DNA of 63,252 nt, filler included, from Circinaria calcarea (Eukaryota), in assembly GCA_051942165.1 (NCBI GenBank). It is 21 parts of 21 records of this genome, joined end to end, with 100 filler letters (N's around TTAATTAATTAA, not from the genome) between each part and the next. Parts side by side here need not be neighbours in the genome. Positions count along the whole stretch, not along the records: positions 21,220 to 24,139 come from JAVECS010003166.1; positions 24,240 to 27,159 come from JAVECS010003167.1; positions 27,260 to 30,177 come from JAVECS010003168.1; positions 30,278 to 33,193 come from JAVECS010003169.1; positions 33,294 to 36,208 come from JAVECS010003170.1; 16 more parts are not named here. One strand, 5' to 3'. The first letter of the stretch is position 1. Each line of letters begins with the position of its first letter. The translations under genes were made by a program, and so were the position numbers. A model generated the notes under the pieces. It ran no database searches and was not told the DNA's origin. It worked only from the letters and a program-made list of their open reading frames with translations. This document shows, piece after piece, positions 23,314 through 33,855 of the stretch.

Positions 23314-23606
23314 TTCAAAAATCCAATACACGTGGAGTCCGAGGCACCTTTTCAGATGAAAACCCAGGATGGCAGCTCCACTTCGAGTTTACATGTCCTT
23401 GAAAAGGCGCTAGTCTGTCTCAGAAGAGCCTCTTGAGGCCTTGAGTCCACGGTACTTTGAATCAACTGACATCTTCCTCTTTCTAAACGCCCTTTGCCAG
23501 GGAGAGTAAAAGTCCACCAGCACCCATGTGACCATATGCGTAAGTAATAGAAAGTACACCCAATTCCCACCCCCAAACCGCCAACCCCGAATAAAACGAA
23601 GCCATG

Positions 23607-24139
23607 TTATCCCGGTCCGATCCTCGGCCTACAAAGTCAAGGTCATGGTCAGCATCCGTTCCAGCCTCGAGTAGAGTAACCCCCACCTCCATCACCACGC
23701 AACCAAAGAATTGGCAGGGAGAATATAGGGGATAGAGAGAGGGAGGGACATACATGTCATGATGCTCGCTCAGGTTGCTCAAGTACCGGTTCAGATCCTC
23801 GACGCGCTCCTTGTGCGTCTTGATGCCCTCCCGCTTCAGCCTCTCGTCGAGCTATTGAAACCCCTTTTCATCAGCAGCCCTTCTTTCCCCCCAACAAACC
23901 ACCGTAATCCCCAATATCCAATATTCATAGAAACCCTCACCACCCCACCACCACCCCAAAATCATCCCCGGGAATAACGATCCCAGGAAGCGAGGAAGAG
24001 ATCGAACTTACCCTCTTCCGCCTCCTCTCCGCATGCCGCCTCTCCGCCTCCGTCATCTTCTCCCCCTGCTGCCCGAACTTTTCCTCCCTCTCCTTCTCCT
24101 CCTCCTCCTCCTTGGGCCCCCCACCACCACCATTATCCC
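23607..24139 (-). CDS. FAM32A/DUF1754 family small protein, 3' exons
   Basis: KMTEAERRHAERRRKR|LDERLKREGIKTHKERVEDLNRYLSNLSEHHDM|PRIGPG* across two GT..AG introns. Confidence 0.88.
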
Positions 24140-24239
24140 NNNNNNNNNNNNNNNNNNNNNNNNNNNNNNNNNNNNNNNNNNNNTTAATTAATTAANNNNN
24201 NNNNNNNNNNNNNNNNNNNNNNNNNNNNNNNNNNNNNNN

Positions 24240-26424
24240 GGCAAAGAGATTGCAGCCGAGATTGCCTCTCATGTACATCATCCCTCACCGAATCCAAGCC
24301 TTCCATTACCACCGGTAGAACCATCACGCCAGCTCTCGTCATCCCCCAACCCTGCTTCAGCCAAGAGGGTCTGCTCCGAGGTAGCCCATAATTCCAGTTC
24401 GCCTAAATTTGGCTTGGCTCTGGATACTGTATCTGCAATGCGTTCGGCAGGGTCCATGCAAACGCCACCCCCAACCAGCACCTCTGCCTCCAGACGCAAG
24501 ACACAAAGGGCTCAGGCGGCAAAGTTTGGGCAGCAGTCTGCCGCAAGCCTCCGCAGACAGTCAGTTCCGGAGTTTACATCGACGGCTGATGGCGGAGAAA
24601 CAGCAAATGCCCAACTGGAGGCCTCGCCTCTACAATTTTCCGGTATACAGTTCTCGCCAGATGTGTTTAGTTTTCCATTACTAGGACCAGCCACCGCTCC
24701 TGCCTATCCGCAACACAAGCTGTTCTGGGATCCAGGTCAGAGTAATGGGATGGATATCGACTTCTCCAGAAACCTTGAAGACCCATTCAACACCGACTCC
24801 TGCTCAACACTAGATCCATTCATATCAGTTCATGATCAGTCATTTGCGACTCAAATATCTATGCCATCATCTTTCTTAAACTTCCCTCTTGATGGGCCAT
24901 TGGATATTTCTGCAACAGGATCATCGTCCCACAAGCAACCAAAGCTTGTTCCTGCCAAAGAGCCAACCAAAGATAAGTGCTCTCGAACAACGTCAACCGC
25001 ACCTGGGGTAAACCCCAGTCTTCTTTTTAGTTCATCAAGTCACTTGTCGGAGACTTTAAATGGATCAATGGCATCCACACGGATGTTAGATGAAGACGCA
25101 CTTCAGCCTTATGCATATCAGATCCAGGAAGCAAAAAGAGAAAAGGCTGCCGGTGGGGTAAGCACAATTAGGAAAAAACGGAAGCCAGTAGATGATTCGC
25201 CGGCCGTCAAAGCTGCCCTGGAAGCGCTTCGCGAGGACGATGCTAATCGATCACCTCCAAAACGTAATAAGCCAGACCCCGTCGATACTCAAAGCTCTCA
25301 TCGTCTACCACAGTCTAGCCGTGTTCCTCTTAAGCTGCGGCGAGGTAGTTCTAGTCCAACAAAGGGCAGCAAAGAGAATGCACGGCGGACAGCTGTATCC
25401 TTGACCATAGACGCCAGCGGTAGGGCAAGGACCGAAGCACGGACTATCATTGACGACCAAAAGTCTTCGTTCGAGAATGACAGAGCACCACTGGATTTCC
25501 AGTCTGATGGCAGTGATAGTGAAACGTCTTCTGGGAACTCGACGCTTGCTATAACTACGAGTCAAGCTCCTTCCTTCGATTTTACCGCATCAAAAGTACG
25601 GCAACCCAAAATGGGCCGCTTTGCTACGAATCCAAAATCTCACTCTCAAAAGTCGTCTTCTACTTCGGTATATACATCCAGTAGCTATACTGATGGCTTG
25701 TCAGGGTTATTTGATAAAAACGGAAGCGTCGGCGCCAGTCGTACTCTATCGGTCAATCAGCAGTCTCGGCCTGGCTCACGGAAAATCAGCAGACCACTTG
25801 TATCACCTGACGTCTTTGGTAACCATGTAGACAAGGATGAGATGAGTGATGCGGAGACAGTCATGGGATCTGAAGACCACAAAGGCACGGCGCAACATGA
25901 ACTCAAAAAATTGTTAAAAAACCGGGCAAAGGATACCTCGATAGGAGTCGTCCACCATCGGGACCCGAAGAATGGCAAGACGTCCAAGAGCCATCCTCAG
26001 CCAGCTTATGGTAGTAACTTTGCCCCTACCGTCTCCCATAATCAACACTTGTTCTCCAGCATTTCACCCGCCACAGTCATCGATCCAGATCTCGCCAACC
26101 TAGACAGAGGGGCTCATGAAAGTATCCGCTGCGTTTGCCTCGTCCCGAGTCATGACGAGCAAATGATCAACTGGTAGCTTGCCCTCCCAGACTTTCCCTG
26201 AACCAGTCTTAATCTGTTAACCGATCCCTAGCGAATCCTGCAAGAAATGGCTCCATGTCAAATGTGTCGGCTTGAACCCTCAGCGGATCCCGCCCACTTT
26301 CCTATGTGTTTTCTGCACCGGGCAGACTCCCGTTGTGCGAGGCGGTCGGGTTCGCGAGCCATCACGAGTTGGGTTCGCGCCGCCGTGCTCGCCGTTGGCG
26401 CAGACATCCCATCGCTTCCAGTAG
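24240..26424 (+). CDS. Low-complexity nuclear protein with a C-terminal PHD finger, 5' truncated
   Basis: Long S/P/T-rich ORF; IRCVC...MINC|ESCKKWLHVKCVG...FLCVFC (Cys4-His-Cys3) split by an intron at ~26174-26230; TAG at 26422-26424. Confidence 0.85.
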
Positions 26425-27259
26425 GAATATCCCGTTGTGCTTGTTATGTTGTCGGATCTTATCTACGCCTTTGGACTGGCTCCAAAGGATAATTGTGCAT
26501 TGTCAATTAGCGGTATTTGGTTGGATCTTGCTACTTTTTCATCGTATTATTGTTTTACTCCTGAATTGGGCGGGCATGGACCAGAGTATACATATCTCTC
26601 TGCATCAGCAACATGATTCTTTTGAAGCGTCACATCTCCGAGCGTATATAGTGTCCATTGTCGAATTAGCGGTGCGGATCTAAGTGCAGTTGGAACATGC
26701 CTAGTTTGAGAGTAATACCGGGAACAATTTTTCGATTCTCGTTCTCGTTCTCGGTTTAAATCAGGTGGCCAATGTGAGTTTACGTGCGCGGAAACACTTT
26801 CTTTGGTTTCGATCACCATTAAAGAATACTGAACTGAGATACATGTTCCTTTTCTCTCTCCGAAATAGAAAAAAGTCATTCATTGTATACCCAACTACTC
26901 TATTTCATTCCTCTCCTTTTCTTCCTTCTCTTTTTTTTCTTTCAAGGGTAGGCCTGAGAAAACCGGTAGTGCACGATATGGCCTGGCCATTGTCATTTAA
27001 TTGGGTCCTGCTACTACTACTACTATTACTAAACACACCTACATTCACCTTCCATAACGTAAAAGACTGCCCTGGGCGATTTTTTCAGTTGCTGTTCTAT
27101 AGATTCATCGATCATTCCGCCTACCCTCACCACCAACCTTGTAAACATCCCCCTCCCACNNNNNNNNNNNNNNNNNNNNNNNNNNNNNNNNNNNNNNNNN
27201 NNNTTAATTAATTAANNNNNNNNNNNNNNNNNNNNNNNNNNNNNNNNNNNNNNNNNNNN

Positions 27260-30147
27260 ATACTAGGACTTGCCAGATCCTTGATGCTCGAACGACCTTC
27301 GTTAAAGTTGCCTGTATTGGATCTTGATAACATCAGCAATGATTTTGCTATTTCCAGCGAGAACGTAATATCCGTGCTACGTCAGGCCATCTATCGAACG
27401 AAGCCGGATTTTGAATATCGACAGCATAACGGCGTTCTGTACATCAGCAGATTTATCCCAGATGTTGCTATGAACCAGCAGTTCAGACAAGCACAGGATA
27501 ACGAGACCATACCTACGTCTATCAAGGAAGCTGGTCATTCTCAGCTTGCTATTAGAACAATCGGGCAAATCGACACGATCCACTTCAAGCAGCGATCACA
27601 AACCAGCTTTGAGTTACTCCCAGGTTATGTAGAGGTCCAAGTCAAAGCCGTAGGACTCAATGCCAAAGTAGGTGTTATACGGTTACCGAAATGCCATTGC
27701 TTATTTACTGCTAGGACTTCTACACTTTAAGCAACAGGGTGGATACAGAAGGCTCAACTTGTTCACTAGAGTTTAGTGGTATTGTGACGCGAACGAGCTC
27801 TCCGGGGTCATATCTTACTCCAGGGGATAGAGTGGTAGTAATGGCACCGAGTCATTTCTCGACTTACGAATATGTACCTGAGTGGGCTTGTTGCAAAATG
27901 CAAGATCATGAGGACTTCGCTGTAAGTTATGCATGCTTGGGAACTAGATGTCTACTCACTACAACCTAGACACTTTCAACGATCCCGCTCGCATTTTCAA
28001 CTGCGCTCTATGCCTTGGAATATCGCGCAAATCTTCAGCCCGGCGAAGTAAGATGGAAATCCTTATGCTTAGGGCAGAGATACTGATTCGGCTATTCCTA
28101 GACGATTCTCATTCATTCGGGAGCTGGGGGGTTGGGAATAGCAGCAATCCAAATCGCCCAGCTTATAGGTGCTAAGGTTAGATACTTCAACACCTTTCAT
28201 GGTTCATAACAGTCCTTTGATTGACCAATTTAGATCTTTGCCACTGTTGGCACAGCAGAGAAAAAGCGGTTTCTTCAAGCCAATTTCAACCTCAAAGAGG
28301 AGCACATCTTCAGCTCTCGCGATTCGTCTTTTCTCCCTGCTATCCTCGCCGCGACATCCAACCGAGGAGTTGATGTCGTTGTAAATTCCCTAGCTGGCGA
28401 TCTGCTTCATGATAGCTGGAAAGCGTGCGCTGAATTCGGTCGCTTTGTGGAGCTAGGGAAAAGAGATATATCTGAGAGTGGCAGGTTAGACATGCAGGTT
28501 TTTAACCGGGCGGTAACCTTCACAGCATTCGATCTGACAAGCCTTTATTGGTCTGATTCACAATCGAAACATGATATTTGGCATCGGTAAGAGGCGCAAG
28601 TCGAATTTAGCCTGAAGATAGCTAATGACGCGGGAAGGCTCCTGAAACGGACCATAGAATTACTTCGAACTAATAAGATAAGAGCGATTAGCCCGTTGAA
28701 AGTCTTCAGCGCAGCCGAAGTTGGCCAAGCTTTCCGATACTTCTCACTGGGAACTCGGATAGGCAAAGTTGCAGTGTCGTTCGAAGAACCAGACACTCAC
28801 ATTCAGGTTTGTAAGCTTTCCGCAGTTTTTGTTCTTTTACTTATAACATTAGGTTGTTCCTGCAAAATACCAATCTACTCTCGATCCGGAAAAAGCCTAT
28901 CTATTGATCGGATGCTTAGGTGGGCTAGGTAGGAGCTTGTCAAGATGGATGCTGGAACGCGGGGCCAGGAAATTTGTATTCATCGGTCGGTCAGGGATAG
29001 ACAAGATGGCTGCGAATTATTTAGTAAAAGACCTTCAACAAGCCGGCGCAGATGTTATCGTTATCCGTGGCGATGTCACAAACTATCCAGATGTCGAGAG
29101 AGCAATTGCGGAGATAGCTAGACCTATTGGCGGCGTGGTACATGCTGCCATGGGTATCCACGTAAGGTTTCTGACCCTTGTTCTCCCTAACTACTAAGAG
29201 GAGTGTAGGTTGCTCTTTTCACAGACATGCCTTGCACTACCTGGCATAAGGGGATCGATCAAAAGGTTAAGGGGGCTTGGAACCTTCATCACGCACTTTT
29301 GGGGAAAGATAGTCAGTTAGACTTCTTTCTTATCTTGAGCTCCATCACAGGTAGTATAGGTACCGCCACGGAAAGCAATTACTGTGCCGCTAACGCGTTT
29401 CTCGACTCGTTCGCCTGCCATCGGCGGAGCCTTGGGCTACCTGCGACATCTGTGGGCCTAGGCATGATATCCGAAGTCGGCTTCCTTCATGAAAATCCTG
29501 ATATCGAGGCCGTGCTCTTGCGCAAGGGTGTTCACCCCCTCACCGAGGATGAATTCTTACAGATAATTGACATTTCTCTCCTTCCACCCGCTGCCGGACC
29601 CGTTGCCAAAACCGATGAAAGCTTTGGAGCCGATCATTACGTCCAGGGCCATATCCTTACCGGTCTTGAATTACAAGGCTTTCAAAGGAACCGAGAAAAA
29701 GGCTTCAAGCGTCCAACTCAGGTTCTCGAAGATCCACGCTGCGCTATTATTGCAGGAGCATTTGCTACGTCCAGCTATACCGATACTGGGGAGTCGGTTG
29801 ATAACGGAAGCGGTAGAAATCTCCCTCGTGCAGTATCTGCGGCCCTCATTTCACATGAAGGTACCCTTTCTCCAGACGGCGCCCTGATGGTAGCCATCCA
29901 GGCTGTTGTGGTGGAAAAGATTGGGACATTGCTGCTCCTACCGTTGACGCAACTACAGGTTGACACACAGCTTGCGGAATTCGGCATGGAGTCAATGCTC
30001 GCGGCCGAGTTTCGTTCCGATATGTTCCGGGCCTTCAAGGTAGATGTGCCCTTTGCGGTGCTGCTAGACAGGCGGACAAGTATTGGGGGGTTAGTGGAGC
30101 TAGTCGCTAGGTGTTTGCTTGCTGAGAAAAATGGGAACAGTGTATAG
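27260..30147 (+). CDS. Highly reducing iterative type I polyketide synthase, C-terminal ER-KR-ACP part (multi-exon)
   Basis: ER: VEVQVKAVGLNAKD, LIHSGAGGLGIAAIQIA, GVDVVVNSLAG, GRFVELGKRD; KR: LIGCLGGLGRSL, KVKGAWNLH, SSITG...ESNYCAANAFLD; ACP: LAEFGMESMLAAEFR; stop at 30145-30147. Confidence 0.93.
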
Positions 30148-30277
30148 ATTTCCAGCGGCGGGGGCGATTTTCCCGGGNNNNNNNNNNNNNNNNNNNNNNN
30201 NNNNNNNNNNNNNNNNNNNNNTTAATTAATTAANNNNNNNNNNNNNNNNNNNNNNNNNNNNNNNNNNNNNNNNNNNN

Positions 30278-30618
30278 ACCCACCCCTCCTCCCACAACGC
30301 CGTGTCCGACGCTAAGAAGTTCGTCATTGGAATACTCCACAGCCGCTGATGATCTAAGCGCTCGTCGATGTCATCCCACACGCCTACGGTCGGGTCCTCC
30401 GTCTCGTCCTCGTACTCGTAGACTTGGCCCGCAGGCTCTCGATATTCGGGCGCCAAGCCGCACCGCCGGTTTATCTGCTCCCAGTTGTCAAGAAATCCGA
30501 AGGGATGCAGGCGGTCTTTGAGGGAGATGCGCGGGTGTCCCGAGGTGATCGAGGTGGTGGGTTTTTTGGCGGGCCGCTGAGGCCGCTCGGGAGAGTGTTT
30601 GCGCTTGGGTTTCGCCAT
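30278..30618 (-). CDS. Hypothetical protein, 5' part (possibly the N-terminus of a second kinase)
   Basis: ATG-initiated ORF MAKPKRKHSPERPQRPAKK (NLS-like) open to the contig end; same strand as and downstream of the kinase gene. Confidence 0.5.
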
Positions 30619-31857
30619 TGTTGCTTGGAAGAGGGCAAGATTTGCAGTTATTTTTCTGTCGATGCAGATATTTGGAGGAAGAGTGAAAACAAGTGCAGAG
30701 GGTTACGAAAGCAAGAGGATTCCAGGAGGGGGGAAGATATGGAAAGCTATAAGATCCTGGGCACTCCATTGTTCCTTTTCGAATTTCGATGATGTTTTTG
30801 TCCTCCCCCTTCGAGTCGCTGCTTGCGGCCAGCCGGGTTCATTGAGGGGGGGGTTTCTTTTTGAAGTTTTGAAAAGGGGGGAGTGGACCGCAAACGGCGC
30901 ATATTTCGCTGGCTCCCATTGTTCCATTTGCTCATTTTCTTTTCTTTGTAGGAACGATCGGAAATGGAACGAGTGGAGCTGTTTTCGGCGAATTTGTTGC
31001 GGCAATCGAGAGGAAGATGATTCATCATTTTCCATAGTTCCAGGTGAGGGGAGAAAGCGAGAGGGGAAGGGAAAGGGAAAGGAATGTGAAATATGGCCCC
31101 CTTGTGTCGAGGAGGGGCGGGGCGATTACGAGTCGGAATTTGCATAATATACATTATCAATATCGTAATCGTAAAGGTTTTTCTATAAAAATAAAAACTT
31201 AGTTCCAGTTCCACTGCACCCCATCAGTGTACGAAATGTCAAAGTCTATCCGGCTTTTGCCCAAATTTGAAAAACTCTAGAAGGTGTGGTCCGTCCTGGT
31301 GGAAACAAACCGGAAACCCCTTGGGCAAAATCTCGCTCGTACTTACTTAATCGACTCTCTCTCTCTTGACCCCACACACAAGCAAAATGGAATAAAAGGA
31401 TGGAAAACCTAGGGGAGCTGGGCTGGGCTGGTGCTGGGCTGGTGCTCACCTTTCAGTCAGTTACTTTGTTTTATATGGGATTTGAGAATTGGGATTTGAG
31501 AATAAGTTTCAGGGTAGGAGGGAGGGGTTAAGACGGACGGACTGACTACCTTGGGGATGGAAGGGGGGGGTGTTCAAGATATTCCATTCCGTTACTAGAC
31601 ATGCCCTAATTCAAATCCCCCCAAAAGTTCTGTAGTCAAAAGTCCTTTTTTTTGGTTTCCCACGGGCCTAAAGTTCAGGGGGAGTGGATGAAAAAAATGC
31701 AAGGATGCTTCCCTTTCTATTTATTCACTGGGCTTCTTTTCCCGGCTTCTCCGGCATCTGCATCCGTTTCCAATCTTTTTCGGCGCTTGAATCGCCCCCC
31801 GGCTTCTTTTTAGCGGTTGGGGTTGTTGACAGCCTCTTCAACCTTCAACGTTTTGAA

Positions 31858-33193
31858 TCATTTTCTATCTTGTTCACCTCCTCCACCTTCTCCTGGTAAT
31901 CAGCCAACTCGACCCCCTCCCCCCCCTTCCCCGTATTGACTTGATTAGTGCTTACCCCCTGTACCGCGGGCTTCTTGCTCCAGTCTCTCCACGTCTGCCT
32001 GCTTGGCATCCCTTCTTTGGATCTTCGCTGCGGCCACATCATCGTCATCATCGCTATCCGACTCATCCGAGTCAAAATTCGAAGTCACCATTTTGGCAAA
32101 GTGATTTGACGGGTGCTCGTCAATCCTCAGGCGGTCGACAATCTCGTCCTCGTCATCCTGGTCGTTGCGGAATTCATTGTTGGGTTGCTCGAAGAATTCG
32201 AGATTGTCGCTCTCGTACGGGTGGAATCGCTTTGCGACGGGCGGTTCCAGAACTTGCGTCGGGATGGGAAAGACAAGATCGTCTAAGCCGGGGTTCTGAG
32301 TGGTCTTGTAAAAGCTGGTGGCCATATCGTTGATCTCGACGCCGTCAAAGTAGACTTGATAACGGTCGGGGTCGTTCTTGACATAATTCTGGCATTCATC
32401 GGCGCAGTAATTGGTGATGTTGAAAAGCTGCAGTGGCGTCGGTCGCTCTGCGGGTTCACGTCTCATGCATCGACCGATGAGTAGAAAGAGCGCCGCTGAG
32501 TAGGGGGGCGTCTCATTTTCCGCGAACGAGATGCCTTTAGAATTGCCTCCCTTGAATGTGGCTAGCCTGCGGATGTTGGCGCCCACCTGGAAAACATTTG
32601 TATGGGCTGAAAGCCTGTCTTCGATTTGGTCCAGGCCCTCGACCCGGGCCTGTACTTCCTATGAGACTGTCAGCATTAGTACAACGACCTTTGAAGCTCG
32701 ACGCTATGTACCGGTGCATCAAAATGTCCAGTAACCATCCCATGATAGTCTCTCGGGTTAGTTGGATCGCCCTCGTACGTTTGGAGAGAATGGCCAAAGT
32801 CAGCCAACTTGACAGTCGGGTACGTAGGAAAATGCGAGTCGTTTAGTGGATCTCCCAGGAAAACTGTACACGGTTAGTACCCACAATCGGGAGGAAGCTT
32901 ATTACAGACTATTGCCAAATTTCATGTCTCGATGAACTGCAGTACCCACCACGTTAGAACTTTTCCTTACTTTTTAATTTTAGTGCTGAGAGGAGCGACG
33001 TACCGATTTCTCGCCAAAAAGGTATAGCAGGGTAATCCTGCGCTGTGGCTGCATTAAATCTCCCATCCTTCTTCTCCTTTCCTTTCGCTGCCTTCTTGTC
33101 GTGACCAATTAGCAGTCTAGCAAGGTAATCCATATTAAACTTTGCCGCTTCACTTTTGCTGATATCAATCCCACGATTTCTTACCATATCTAC
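31858..33193 (-). CDS. Ser/Thr protein kinase, C-lobe and acidic tail (multi-exon, 5' truncated)
   Basis: Spliced reading gives VHRDMKFGN, VFLGDP...YPTVKLADFG, FDAP|EVQ, TNVFQVG, YSAALFLLIGRCMRREPAERPT; D/E-rich tail; predicted last exon ends at TGA 31858-31860. Confidence 0.82.
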
Positions 33194-33293
33194 NNNNNNN
33201 NNNNNNNNNNNNNNNNNNNNNNNNNNNNNNNNNNNNNTTAATTAATTAANNNNNNNNNNNNNNNNNNNNNNNNNNNNNNNNNNNNNNNNNNNN

Positions 33294-33427
33294 GACAACT
33301 CGGGCTAGAATACACCGGCGTGGTATTCTATTGCACGGACTGTTTTTGTATGGGAAAACAGGGATCAGGGTCAGTATTCCTAGTAATACGGCCCCTGTGT
33401 ATTCTAGCCCGAGTTGTCACCCCTCTG
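33294..33427. mobile_element. Short MITE-like inverted-repeat element, left end clipped by the contig start
   Basis: Perfect 22-bp inverted repeat GACAACTCGGGCTAGAATACAC 33294-33315 / 33397-33418; right side continues ACCCCTCTG|TA, like a Tc1/mariner terminus with a TA target. Confidence 0.62.
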
Positions 33428-33855
33428 TAGTATGTTATGTTAGTGGACCTTTTCTGACCAATACTAGGGCATGGATTATGGTAGGCCTGCCCATCTGATC
33501 CATACCATATCAAGCTTAAGGTATCGGTGCCGGGCTCCCGTACATAATAAACCTCTTTTGCTAAAAGCCCCAATTATTCGTGTCTCACGTTGCATCTCCC
33601 GTTTATAAGAACTATCAGGCTCTTGCACTCGCATTATTCCTGTGCCAAATTCAGACTCGTTTTATATATACTATATGTCATGAATACTGTTTGTACGGTA
33701 TCATTATGGCCACTCTGAAGTCTCACTTCGTCGCTGTTTAAATATCGTGTCTTTTCCCTCCCGTGATATAACGATTGATCCTAATGCTTGCTTCAAGCCC
33801 GATTCTCCAGCTGCTTTATTTGTGAATCTTCTAAGTACAGTCTGGCCCGGCAGTT

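Noticed and set aside
12143..30147. Apparent cluster of helicases, ABC transporter and PKS
   Set aside because: Each gene is on a separate contig joined by artificial spacers; no physical linkage can be inferred.
30424..31214. Several overlapping 100-180 aa ORFs on both strands
   Set aside because: Low-complexity purine/pyrimidine-skewed intergenic or UTR sequence with no recognisable domain.
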